A stretch of DNA of 64,000 nt from positions 1,184,001 through 1,248,000 of the forward strand of contig OZ253580.1 in NCBI GenBank assembly GCA_965263035.1. The letters run 5' to 3'. Made by a program: the position numbers and the translations under genes. The first letter of the stretch is position 1. The number at the start of each line of letters is the position of its first letter. The notes under the pieces were generated by a model that saw only the letters and a list, made by a program, of their open reading frames with translations, did not search any database and was not told the DNA's origin. This document shows positions 27,213 through 38,070 of this stretch, in pieces. The DNA comes from Acidobacteriota bacterium. Lineage in GTDB: Bacteria > Acidobacteriota > UBA6911 > RPQK01 > JAJDTT01.

Positions 27213-29090
27213 CTAGGGCTTGACCTCCACCTGGATGACACGCTGACCCTGGAGGACGTATTCGGTCGCTGTCAGCTCATGCTCCACGTAGACGGCCCGA
27301 TCCACGGCCCGCACGTCTCCTGAAGTCTTCCGAGAGGTATAGAGAGCCAGGAAGGAGGGCGGCAGATCGGAGAGTCGTTCCCCATCCACGACGGTGCTGG
27401 GGCGGTCTCGGAACAACCGGACATAAAGCCGGTCGTTCTTCTTCAGGTTGTTGATGGCCCTCACCAGTTGGCGCACGTTCTCGGGTATGAATCGGCCCTG
27501 GTTCGACTCCGCGTCCGACTTGGCCAGAGACAGGCCGTCGCCGATCATGATCTTGAGCGGACCGGGAAGAATGTCTTCGGGAATCTTCACGGGAAACTTC
27601 TCGACCATGGTTTCTCCATTGAACTTTCTGAGAAAGACCGTCAGGTTGACTTCTTCGCCGGGCCGGGCCTCCAGTTTATCCTGCCAGACCTTCTCCAGAG
27701 TCGCCTCCCAGATCTGCTCCACCGCCTCGATCTCGATGCCGACGCGCTCCACTTCCAACTGCTCGAAACCGCTGTTGAGCAGCAAATGGGCCGGTGCCGC
27801 CGCCGCCACCGCCGCGGCGACGGGGTTGTTGGAGGGACGCGCGATGTTGTTCTCGAACACCACCTCGGGATGCTCTGCGATGCTGACGGTGCTCTTGATC
27901 CGCAACGTCTGGTTACCGAGCGCCTTCTCCGACGAGATCAGGCTGCTGTAGACCGAAAAGGTGAGTACGAAGGGGGTCAGAAAGCTGTCCCGGATGGTCT
28001 CGAAGACGTATTCGCGATCCTCGTTCCGGCTGGTCCTGACCTTGAGATGAACCGGAATCAGACGAGCCTCGCTCCCGCTCATCCCCATGATGCCGGTGGC
28101 TCTGTCCTGCTTCACGGCCCCCACCATCCGGGTGGCCGCCGCCACTTTGTGGCTGGTATTCAGTTGCGGAATGATCGTCAGAACGGCGGCCTGATTCATG
28201 GGCATGTCGGTGTAGCCCAGATTCAAGAAGGGATGGCCGAATGCGTAAATCTTGTTCCCGCTGATATGAGTGACGGTCCCGCTGGCGCTGAGGCTGACGT
28301 CGCCCCGAGCCAACTCGACGCTGATGCTGGAACCCGGTTCCAGTGGAGCCTGGGAAAAGTGGCTGGTCTCGGCGCCGCCGGCGCCTTGCACCGGTACCAG
28401 GCCCAAGCGGCGAAACGTCTCCCGGAAGTATTCCACCGCCGGGGCCGAGAATCCGGATGTATTGACAGGGGTGGCGATGCGGGTCAGGCGAAAAGGAGAG
28501 ACGCTGGCCAGGCCTGGCAGTTGGGCCTCGAACCCAAGGGGCGCGAACGGCGGCAGGTAGTCGGGAAGCTTCAGTTGCGCGGACTCCAGCAGAATGTCGG
28601 TCCGGGGTCGTTCGGGCGCGGGGGGCGCCCGAAGTCGATGGATCTCCTTGAAGACATCGAGGGTTTCCTGAATCGGAGTCACTCCCGCAATAGGCTCCTT
28701 GGCAAAGGGAAAGGAATAGGCGATGGCGCCGACCAACTTCTCTTCGATGTAGACCGGGCTGCCGCTCATTCCGGCAAACACACCGGTCCGATCCAACTGG
28801 CTTCCCGAGACCCGCACCAGAATCAGGTTCCTTCGGGGCTCGAACTTTTCCAGGACTCCCAGAATCTCGACGTCGAACTTCTCGACTCCGTTACCGTGGA
28901 AAACGGTCTTTCCGTATCCCTTCTGGCCCGGTCTGACCTTCTCCAGAGGATAGAGTTGGATGGGTTGGGCGACGGTGGAACCGGCCAGGAGAATTCCAGC
29001 CAGGAGGCTCTTCAGGATGGCCGCGCGGCCCCTTCCTCCGAATGATCCTTCCATCCCCATGGTCACGTCGAAACCGAGAGGCAGAGCCAA
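27213..29090 (-). CDS. SpoIVB-like peptidase S55 domain protein (start uncertain)
   Basis: GYGKTVF.G....FDVEILGV, catalytic AGMSGSPVY, GTVT, AFGHPF, QDR. Confidence 0.88.
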   Translation of the reverse strand: MALPLGFDVTMGMEGSFGGRGRAAILKSLLAGILLAGSTVAQPIQLYPLEKVRPGQKGYGKTVFHGNGVEKFDVEILGVLEKFEPRRNLILVRVSGSQLDRTGVFAGMSGSPVYIEEKLVGAIAYSFPFAKEPIAGVTPIQETLDVFKEIHRLRAPPAPERPRTDILLESAQLKLPDYLPPFAPLGFEAQLPGLASVSPFRLTRIATPVNTSGFSAPAVEYFRETFRRLGLVPVQGAGGAETSHFSQAPLEPGSSISVELARGDVSLSASGTVTHISGNKIYAFGHPFLNLGYTDMPMNQAAVLTIIPQLNTSHKVAAATRMVGAVKQDRATGIMGMSGSEARLIPVHLKVRTSRNEDREYVFETIRDSFLTPFVLTFSVYSSLISSEKALGNQTLRIKSTVSIAEHPEVVFENNIARPSNNPVAAAVAAAAPAHLLLNSGFEQLEVERVGIEIEAVEQIWEATLEKVWQDKLEARPGEEVNLTVFLRKFNGETMVEKFPVKIPEDILPGPLKIMIGDGLSLAKSDAESNQGRFIPENVRQLVRAINNLKKNDRLYVRLFRDRPSTVVDGERLSDLPPSFLALYTSRKTSGDVRAVDRAVYVEHELTATEYVLQGQRVIQVEVKP

Positions 29091-29160
29091 ATACGGGTGG
29101 ACGCCAGGAATACCCGCTTGTCAGGGTCGGCGGTCATCATAGCATAGGTTGGGAGGGGTC

Positions 29161-32100
29161 ATGCCGCGTCTGGAATCGCTGGAAATACTGGGATTCAAGT
29201 CATTCGCCAACCGGACCCGGGTGCCGTTCGAAGATGGGATCACCATCGTCGTCGGACCCAACGGCTGCGGCAAGTCCAATCTGACCGATGCCCTCTCCTG
29301 GGTTCTGGGATTGGTCGGCGCCCACCGCCTGCGGGGCCGGAGGATGGACGATTTCATCTTCAACGGGACCAGCAAGCGGCGGCCGTCGGGAATGATGGAG
29401 GCCACTCTCACCCTCTCCCGGGAAGACGAGACGAGTATAGCCTTCAACGGTCTCGAGGCGGACGGACCCTCCGTGTCCATAACGCGCAGGCTCTACAGGT
29501 CCGGGGACAGCGCCTATTCCGTCAATGGAAACCGCTGCCGATTGAAAGACGTCGAGGCTCTGCTGGAGCGATTGGGCCTGGGGCTCGGCTCCTATGCTCT
29601 GATCCGCCAGGGCCGGGTGGAGAGTTTTCTCAACTCCGGATCTCTGGATCGCCGCGCCATCATCGAGGAAGCCGCTGGAATCGGCGGGTACAAGGCCCGT
29701 CGCCGGAACGCCGAACTCAAGCTGGAAATGGCTCGCCAGAACCTGCTCCGCATCGACGACATCCTGAGCGAGGTGGAGCGCCAGCTCCGGTCCCTCAAAC
29801 GGCAGGCGGCCAAGGCCCGGCGGCACAAGGAGTTGAAGGAGGAGTTCCGGGATGTCCAGCAGCGGCGCTTCGGCTTGGAGGCACATGGGATCGTCGTCAG
29901 CCTGGCCGAAGTGGAAGCGGCGCAGGCGCGCCTGGGACCGGCACTGACCGAGGCGACCGCTGACATCCGGAATCGGGAACGGACTCTCCAAGAGATTTCG
30001 GAACGAATGGAGGATCTGGAAGACAGGCTCTCGGAGCTGAGAGAGAAAAGTACCGTCGCTCGAGTGGAACTGGACCGGACTCGGAATTCGATCCGCTTTT
30101 GCGGCCAGCAGATCCAATCGACGCGACGGCTTCTGGACACACACGGCCGGAACCGCCACGAACTGCTCAAGTCGCTGGAAACGGTGCAGTCGGAGCATCG
30201 GATTCTCCGGGCGGAAGATGCGAGTTTGAAAGCAGAACGGCCGCTCGTCGGCAGCCACCTCACCCTTCACACCCAGGTCGCGGACGAGTGCAAGGCTCAG
30301 CTGGAGGCCGCGGAGCAGAGAGTCGAGCATCTCCGAGCCCGCAATCTGGAACTCTCGGCCGAGCTGACCCAACTGCGGAATGCCAGAGACCGGGCATTCC
30401 AGCGCGTGGAATCGATCAAGACCCAACGGTCCCGGCTGGAGCGGGAACGTGGCGGGCACGAACCGGGAATGGAGCAGGCTCGGAATCGGCTTCAGAAGCG
30501 GCAGCAGACCGGCTCCCGCCGCCGCGAAGAGGCGGGTGCAGTCCGGGGCCGGCTGGAGACCAGCGAGGTAGAGCGCCGGAAGCTGGAGAGAGAGCTGGCG
30601 CAAGTTCGGGGTGAACTGGCTGAGGCCCGGGAAGGGTGGATCGCCGGGCGAGGACGGCTTCAATCCCTGGAAGAATTGGAAATCAGCCACTCCCTTTACA
30701 GCGAGGGAGTGGCCAAAGCCCTCCACCATCTCCGCAACAGTTCGGTGCCCGTGTACGGAACGCTCGCCGATTTTGCCCGAATCAGCCCCGAATTCGAACG
30801 CTTGGTGGAGCAGTTCCTGCAGCCGGAACTGGAGTTCGTTCTGGTGGATTCCTTGCAGCAGGCGGTGGGGGGAGTCTCCGAACTCAAAGCGTTGGACGGT
30901 GGAAGATGCACCTTCTTGAGCCTGAAGGCCAACGGGTTTTCGGCGCCGGCCCGGAACGGCGGAAAGCAACTGGCAGCCGAGAAGGGGGTGGTGGGAACCC
31001 TTGGGGATCTCCTGACCCTGGAACCTCCGGTCCGAAAGGCGTTTCGCCGGGTCCTCCCGGAGCGGGCGGATGCGGTCGTGGTGTCCGATCTGGACCGCGC
31101 CTTTGCGTTGTCTCACCGCTATCCGTCGAGAACCTTTCTCACCATCCACGGCGAGGCCCTCGCGCCGGGTGGGCTCCTTTCGGTGAGCCGGGCCGGACGA
31201 ACCGGGGGCGGCCTGCTCTCCTTTCGTCGAGAGAAGGCCGAACTGGAGAAGAAGCTGGCCCGGGCGAAGGCCCAGGTGAGCCGTCTGACCCGGCGCGAAG
31301 AGGAACTGCGGGATCACATCCGGGAGACCTCGAGCGCGGCCCGCAAGTTCCAACAGACGCTTCATCAGACGGAGAAGGATGTCCTGCAACTGGAGTTGCA
31401 GGAGGAACAGGCCCGGCGCGATCTGGAGCATCATCGTCGAGCCTTGGAAGTCTTGGCGTTCGAGGAAACTCAACTCCGAGAAGAGGAATCGAGCGAGCAC
31501 GATGGCGCGCAAGCGGCGTCCAGGAGCCTGACCGGGAAGGAGGATCGGGCTCGACAGATTGAGGCCGAATTGGGTGAAGCGACCGAGTTGTTGACTCAGG
31601 CGAGGAGCCAGTTCTCCGAATCCCGGGAACAGCTGCATCGCACTGCCGCCGAAGAAAGGGTGATCGAGGAGAAGGCAAGATCCGTCGAGGACTCGCTGTC
31701 CAGATCGGAAGGCCGGCTGCAGTCGCTGGAGTTACGGCTTAAGCAGACGGAGACACAGAAAGCGGAAGGCGAGGCGCTACTGAAGACACTGACCCTGGAA
31801 CTGGAGAACCTGGAGCAAACCTTCGAGACGTGTCAAGCGGAGGCCGTTCGGCTGTCCAGTGCCGAGGCGAACGACCGGCAGGAGTATGAGGAGTACCGGA
31901 GCGACCGGCGAAGTCTCGACACCCGGCTTCAGGAACTGCGACAGGAACAGCAGCAGTTGCAGGAGGAGAGTTCCGAAAAGGAGGTCCAGAGGGCCCGATT
32001 GGAAACCCGGTTGGAGAATCTGTCCCGGCAATGCCAGGAAGACCTCCAGGAACCGCTGGAATCGATCATGGAGGGGGTGACTCCGGCTGAGGACGGTGCC

Positions 32101-32760
32101 CGGATCTCCAGCCGATACCGGGAACTCAGGTCCAAGCTGGAAAAATTCGGGCCGGTCAACATGACGGCTCTGGAGCAGTATCAGGACAACGAGGAGCGGC
32201 ACAGCTACCTCAGCCGGCAACGGGAAGACCTGGAACGATCCATCGCCGACACGACCAAGGCGATCCAGGAAATCAACCGCCACAGCCGGGAGAAGTTCAA
32301 AAAGGCCTTCGACTCCGTTAACGTCCACTTCCACGAAACCTTCCGCCAGCTGTTCGACGGCGGAAGCAGCGGCATGAAGCTCATCGACGAAGAGGACGTG
32401 TTGGAGAGCGGCATCGACCTCTTCGCCCAACCGCCCGGCAAGAAGGTGCAGTACCTCTCACAGCTCTCGGGTGGAGAACAGACGCTCACCGGCGTTGCTT
32501 TTCTGGTGGCTCTGTTCCGGTACCGTCCCAGCCGCTTCTGCGTCCTGGACGAAGTCGATGCCGCTCTGGACGATACCAACGTGGAGCGATTCGTCCGCCT
32601 GATCCGGAACCTGTCCCAAGCGACTCAGTTCATCCTGGTGAGCCACAACAAGCGGACCATCGAAATGGCCGATTCACTCTATGGGGTCACGATGGAAGAA
32701 CCTGGGATCTCTCAGGTCTTGGCGGTGCGCCTCAGGGAAGCCAAGACCCTGGCCGAGTAG
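29161..32760 (+). CDS. smc: Chromosome segregation protein SMC
   Basis: GFKSFA, GPNGCGKSN, long coiled coils with hinge, PPGKK...LSGGE, VLDEVDAALD, SHNK. Confidence 0.97.
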   Translation: MPRLESLEILGFKSFANRTRVPFEDGITIVVGPNGCGKSNLTDALSWVLGLVGAHRLRGRRMDDFIFNGTSKRRPSGMMEATLTLSREDETSIAFNGLEADGPSVSITRRLYRSGDSAYSVNGNRCRLKDVEALLERLGLGLGSYALIRQGRVESFLNSGSLDRRAIIEEAAGIGGYKARRRNAELKLEMARQNLLRIDDILSEVERQLRSLKRQAAKARRHKELKEEFRDVQQRRFGLEAHGIVVSLAEVEAAQARLGPALTEATADIRNRERTLQEISERMEDLEDRLSELREKSTVARVELDRTRNSIRFCGQQIQSTRRLLDTHGRNRHELLKSLETVQSEHRILRAEDASLKAERPLVGSHLTLHTQVADECKAQLEAAEQRVEHLRARNLELSAELTQLRNARDRAFQRVESIKTQRSRLERERGGHEPGMEQARNRLQKRQQTGSRRREEAGAVRGRLETSEVERRKLERELAQVRGELAEAREGWIAGRGRLQSLEELEISHSLYSEGVAKALHHLRNSSVPVYGTLADFARISPEFERLVEQFLQPELEFVLVDSLQQAVGGVSELKALDGGRCTFLSLKANGFSAPARNGGKQLAAEKGVVGTLGDLLTLEPPVRKAFRRVLPERADAVVVSDLDRAFALSHRYPSRTFLTIHGEALAPGGLLSVSRAGRTGGGLLSFRREKAELEKKLARAKAQVSRLTRREEELRDHIRETSSAARKFQQTLHQTEKDVLQLELQEEQARRDLEHHRRALEVLAFEETQLREEESSEHDGAQAASRSLTGKEDRARQIEAELGEATELLTQARSQFSESREQLHRTAAEERVIEEKARSVEDSLSRSEGRLQSLELRLKQTETQKAEGEALLKTLTLELENLEQTFETCQAEAVRLSSAEANDRQEYEEYRSDRRSLDTRLQELRQEQQQLQEESSEKEVQRARLETRLENLSRQCQEDLQEPLESIMEGVTPAEDGARISSRYRELRSKLEKFGPVNMTALEQYQDNEERHSYLSRQREDLERSIADTTKAIQEINRHSREKFKKAFDSVNVHFHETFRQLFDGGSSGMKLIDEEDVLESGIDLFAQPPGKKVQYLSQLSGGEQTLTGVAFLVALFRYRPSRFCVLDEVDAALDDTNVERFVRLIRNLSQATQFILVSHNKRTIEMADSLYGVTMEEPGISQVLAVRLREAKTLAE

Positions 32761-32811
32761 GAGGACGACATCCTTGTCCCCCATTCCCAGCCGGGACATC
32801 CTCACCGCACA

Positions 32812-33045
32812 TCATTTCTTTTTCCTGATGACGTGCTGACGAATCTTGGCCGCGAGCGTGTTCCGGTGCATCCCCATCAGCCGGGCCGCGGAACCGATCC
32901 TGCCGCCGGTCTGGTCCAGGGCGCGCTGGATGAAGAGCTTCTCGAACTGTCGCGCCGCCTCGTGCCAGAGAATCCCCTTGGCCACGAGTTCGTCGACGAT
33001 CGCTTCCAGCCTGTCCTTGATGGGGATCTGATCGCTGCTGGCCAT
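32812..33045 (-). CDS. Small Fis-family helix-turn-helix protein
   Basis: FEKLFIQRALDQTGG....AARLMGMHRNTL. Confidence 0.85.
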   Translation of the reverse strand: MASSDQIPIKDRLEAIVDELVAKGILWHEAARQFEKLFIQRALDQTGGRIGSAARLMGMHRNTLAAKIRQHVIRKKK

Positions 33046-33110
33046 TGGTCATGCCCGGACCGGTCGGGTCCGCCCTTCGTTCTGAACGAAACGCCGCCGA
33101 GGAGAATCCT

Positions 33111-33662
33111 TCACGATTTCTTGTCGGCGCTCCGCTGCAGCCAGTACCGGTAGATTCGATCGTACTCCTTCTGAAACCGCTCCCGGAAGGACTCCGGAGT
33201 CGAGAACTCCACGAGCTTTTGGGTGACCACGAGAAAATACTCGCCGGTCACCGTGCCGCTCACCAAGCCATTACTTACCGGAAAGACGGTCAGGGCCAGA
33301 AAGATCACGGCCACGATCAACCATCCTCTGAGCAGACCGAACACTCCTCCCAGGAGACGATCGATCCACTTCATGTTCAGAGCGGAAATGAATCGATTCA
33401 GGAGGGATGACAGAAGAGACCCGGCAATGATGCAGCCCAGGAAGATGCCCACGAAGGCCAGGAGTTCCGACAGGATCGTGCCGATGCCGATCCGTTCCAG
33501 CATCGGGGACACCGCCGCAAAGTAGTAGACCGCGAGCAGGAGACCCGATATGGCTGCCGCCAGGGCAATCAGTTCACGGATCAGCCCCTTCACCAAAGCG
33601 GTGACGAAGGAAACGGCCACGATGGCAAGGGCCAGGATATCCAGGATCTTGAGATCACCCAT
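33111..33662 (-). CDS. cvpA: CvpA family membrane protein
   Basis: KGLIREL, IDRLLGGVFGLLRG; pur-linked. Confidence 0.88.
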   Translation of the reverse strand: MGDLKILDILALAIVAVSFVTALVKGLIRELIALAAAISGLLLAVYYFAAVSPMLERIGIGTILSELLAFVGIFLGCIIAGSLLSSLLNRFISALNMKWIDRLLGGVFGLLRGWLIVAVIFLALTVFPVSNGLVSGTVTGEYFLVVTQKLVEFSTPESFRERFQKEYDRIYRYWLQRSADKKS

Positions 33663-34548
33663 GGGCCACCCTCTCGCGGCGTTCCTTGAGTTGATCCAAT
33701 ATTTCAACGGGACTCTCGGGAACGTCTCCGAACGCTACGTGAGGTTTGAGACGGCCGTGGAAATCGCTTCCCGAAGTGACGGCCAGATCCAACCGGCGTG
33801 CGACCTCGACATAATAACGACAAGTCTCCTCGGTATGGTAGGAGCTGTAGGCCTCGATTCCTTCCAGACCCATCTCCCTCACGCCGCGGGTCCATTCCTC
33901 GTCAACCACGTCTCTCTTCAGGCCCGGATGGGCCAGAACCGGAACCCCGCCCGCAGCCCTGACGGTGGCGATCGCCCGGGACAGGGACACGGTCTCCTTG
34001 GCGGCGTAAGCCGGACCGCCGGGGAGGAAAAAGAGCTTGTAGAAGTCGATCTCCGGACTGTGAGCACTGCCGGCCGGAATCTGATCCATCAGGGCGTGGT
34101 TGCGGTTCGCCCCCTTGGAGAGGACCACCGAGGCGATGGCTGGACCGGTCACCGGGACCGATCCCAGAGCCTCCCGCACCTCCTCATATCGGATATCGAA
34201 TCCGAGAGCCTGGAGCTGGCCGACCCGGATCTCGTTTTGCCGAACGCGGCTCAGCCCTATGAGGGCCAGCAGATCCAGAAGCGGGCGGTCGTGCCAGTCC
34301 ACCAGAGGGGCAAGCAGGTGGAGCCCCACACCCTGGTGCCGGACGCTGATCTCGACGTTGGCCAGATACTCTCCCGGAAAGTCCTCGGCCAGGGTGAACG
34401 CCTCGTCCAAGGCAGCCACGGTATCGTGGTCTGAAATGGAGAAGACATCGAGGCCGACGCGGCGAGCCTGGGCAAAAATGCGGGGGACGGTCCACTCCCC
34501 GTCACTGGAGTGGTGGGAATGGATGTGAAGGTCGGCGAAAACCTTCAA
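33655..34548 (-). CDS. PHP domain phosphoesterase
   Basis: DLHIHSHHSSDG, SDHD, VLAHP, GIEAY, GSDFHG. Confidence 0.9.
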   Translation of the reverse strand: MKVFADLHIHSHHSSDGEWTVPRIFAQARRVGLDVFSISDHDTVAALDEAFTLAEDFPGEYLANVEISVRHQGVGLHLLAPLVDWHDRPLLDLLALIGLSRVRQNEIRVGQLQALGFDIRYEEVREALGSVPVTGPAIASVVLSKGANRNHALMDQIPAGSAHSPEIDFYKLFFLPGGPAYAAKETVSLSRAIATVRAAGGVPVLAHPGLKRDVVDEEWTRGVREMGLEGIEAYSSYHTEETCRYYVEVARRLDLAVTSGSDFHGRLKPHVAFGDVPESPVEILDQLKERRERVAHG

Positions 34549-35438
34549 TTTGTCTTCAGATGCTCGCCGGTGAGCCGAAGGAAAGCCTCAAGATAGCGAT
34601 CCGAGGTCGCGGCTGCGATCCGGTCCGGAAGTGTGGGCCCGGGCGGAGTCTTGTCCCAATCCAGCGTCTCCAGGTAATCCCGGACGTATTGCTTGTCGAA
34701 CGAAGGTTGAGATCCTCCCGGCTGGTACGACTCGGCCGGCCAGAAGCGCGACGAATCGGGAGTCAGCACCTCGTCGATGAGGAGCAGGTCGGAACCGTCC
34801 AAGCCGAATTCGAACTTCGTGTCGCAAATGATGATGCCTCGTTCCAGGGCGTAGTCCCGGGCGCGGCTGTAGATGGCGAGACTCAGGTCCCGTACCCGGC
34901 AGGCCAGTTCCTCACCGATGATCTCGACGCACCTCTCGAACGTTATGTTTTCGTCGTGGCCCGTCTTCGCCTTGGTCGCCGGAGTGAAGATGGGCTCGGG
35001 AAGCTCGTCCGACTCCCCTAGGCCCGGGGGGAGCGGGATCCCACAGATGGTGCCGTCGACCTGGTACTCCTTCCAGCCCGATCCCGCCATGAAGCCTCGC
35101 ACCACGCACTCCACCGGCAACGGCTCGCACCGCCGAACCAGCATGGAACGGCCGCGCAGTTGATCCTGGAAGGGATGCAACTGGCGCGGAAACTCCCGGA
35201 CCGAGATCGACACCATGTGATTGTCCACCAGGTCGTCCAAGAGGGAAAACCAGAATGCGGACAGCTGGTTCAGGACCTTTCCCTTGTTGGGAATCACGGT
35301 GGGAAGCACCACGTCGAATGCCGATATGCGGTCGGTCGCCACCAGCAGCAGATGGCCGTCCAAGCCGAAGATTTCGCGAACCTTTCCACGGTTCACCTTG
35401 GTAACGCCTTTGAGATCCAGGGTCCTCATTTCAGCCAA
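34545..35438 (-). CDS. purC: SAICAR synthetase
   Basis: GKVRE, TDRISAFD, PVECVVRG, TPATKA, DTKFEFG, DEVLTPDSSRFW, SFDKQ. Confidence 0.97.
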   Translation of the reverse strand: MAEMRTLDLKGVTKVNRGKVREIFGLDGHLLLVATDRISAFDVVLPTVIPNKGKVLNQLSAFWFSLLDDLVDNHMVSISVREFPRQLHPFQDQLRGRSMLVRRCEPLPVECVVRGFMAGSGWKEYQVDGTICGIPLPPGLGESDELPEPIFTPATKAKTGHDENITFERCVEIIGEELACRVRDLSLAIYSRARDYALERGIIICDTKFEFGLDGSDLLLIDEVLTPDSSRFWPAESYQPGGSQPSFDKQYVRDYLETLDWDKTPPGPTLPDRIAAATSDRYLEAFLRLTGEHLKTN

Positions 35439-35639
35439 AGCCGTTTCTCCTTCAGGGGTTCGCGGCCCCGAGGGCCGCCAGTCAACAGTTGCGTTCAGCG
35501 GTCGAGCCGGAAAGGCTCTGCCTCTCCGGCGAACACATTCTAGTCACATCTCGACATGCGTTCAAAGGGAACCCCTGCCGAAGGCCACTCGAGGGATTTC
35601 TCACAACAGATGCGAGCTTGGCAATTGTGGAACGCGCTC

Positions 35640-35669
35640 TTGACGAGCGAACGGCCGCCTTGCTATGAT
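35640..35669 (+). promoter_or_regulatory. sigma70-type promoter of groESL
   Basis: TTGACG (35640-45), 18-nt spacer, extended -10 TG-c-TATGAT (35664-69), immediately upstream of CIRCE. Confidence 0.7.
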
Positions 35670-35696
35670 CTGGCACTCTTAGAGTAAGAGTGCCAG
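35670..35696 (+). promoter_or_regulatory. CIRCE element (HrcA operator)
   Basis: CTGGCACTC-N9-GAGTGCCAG, a symmetric variant of TTAGCACTC-N9-GAGTGCTAA, upstream of groES. Confidence 0.92.
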
Positions 35697-35782
35697 AGTA
35701 AATCTCCAGACCATAGGGCCTCGAGTGGTTTGAGGCCCGAAATCCGAAAACCAAGGATACACGATTCAACAGGAGGGTACGG

Positions 35783-36073
35783 ATGTCAATCAAGCCATTG
35801 CAGGACCGGATACTGATCAGGCGCATCGAGGCGGAAGAAGCATTCCGCGGGGGCATCGTAATTCCCGATACGGCGAAGGAGAAGCCCCAGGAGGGTGAGA
35901 TTGTGGCGCTCGGTGACGGAAAGGTGCTCGACAACGGCCAGCGTCAGCCCATGTCGGTCAAGGTTGGCGATCGGGTCCTTTTCGGTAAGTACGCCGGAAC
36001 CGAGGTCACCCTCGACGACGAGGAATACCTGATCATGCGCGAGGACGAAGTCCTGGGCATCCTGGAGGGCTAG
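35783..36073 (+). CDS. groES: Co-chaperonin GroES
   Basis: [33 protein letters not shown]. Confidence 0.98.
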   Translation: MSIKPLQDRILIRRIEAEEAFRGGIVIPDTAKEKPQEGEIVALGDGKVLDNGQRQPMSVKVGDRVLFGKYAGTEVTLDDEEYLIMREDEVLGILEG

Positions 36074-36128
36074 GTTGCCTGAACCGGTCGCATTCACCGC
36101 AAGAAGCAACGATCCCCACAATTCTTAG

Positions 36129-37784
<1,656 letters not shown>

Positions 37785-37814
37785 TCCGCTGCAATCAAAT
37801 TTTCGGGTATCGGG

Positions 37815-37847
37815 AAAAGGGGTCCGACTGGACCCCTTTTCTTTTTT
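37815..37847 (+). terminator. Rho-independent terminator of groESL
   Basis: AAAAGGGGTCC-gact-GGACCCCTTTT followed by CTTTTTT. Confidence 0.85.
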
Positions 37848-37876
37848 CCGCGGGTTCCGGCGCCGAGCCGGCATAT

Positions 37877-38035
37877 CAGTCCGTGGTGAAAGTCCCGCGA
37901 GCACCGAGACCGTTCCTGCGCCCGCCGGACCAGGCGCGATGAGGGAGCACACCGGGAATATGTGACCGAGTCGCAACGCAGTCCGCGCACGATGCAGGGA
38001 CGGTCGAATGCCGTGACCACTTTTGCCACGGGCTG
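37877..38035 (+). mobile_element. ~159-bp MITE-like dispersed repeat, copy 1
   Basis: Ends CAGTCCGTGGTGAAAGT...ACTTTTGCCACGGGCTG (imperfect IR), flanked by ATAT on both sides; homologous to 41148-41307 and 51110-51267. Confidence 0.85.
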
Positions 38036-38070
38036 ATATACCCGTGCTCAATGCGGGTTAGAATGCCGCC

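Noticed and set aside
32757-32805. GTAG-headed sequence after smc resembling a REP
   Set aside because: Hairpin is poor, so it cannot be supported.
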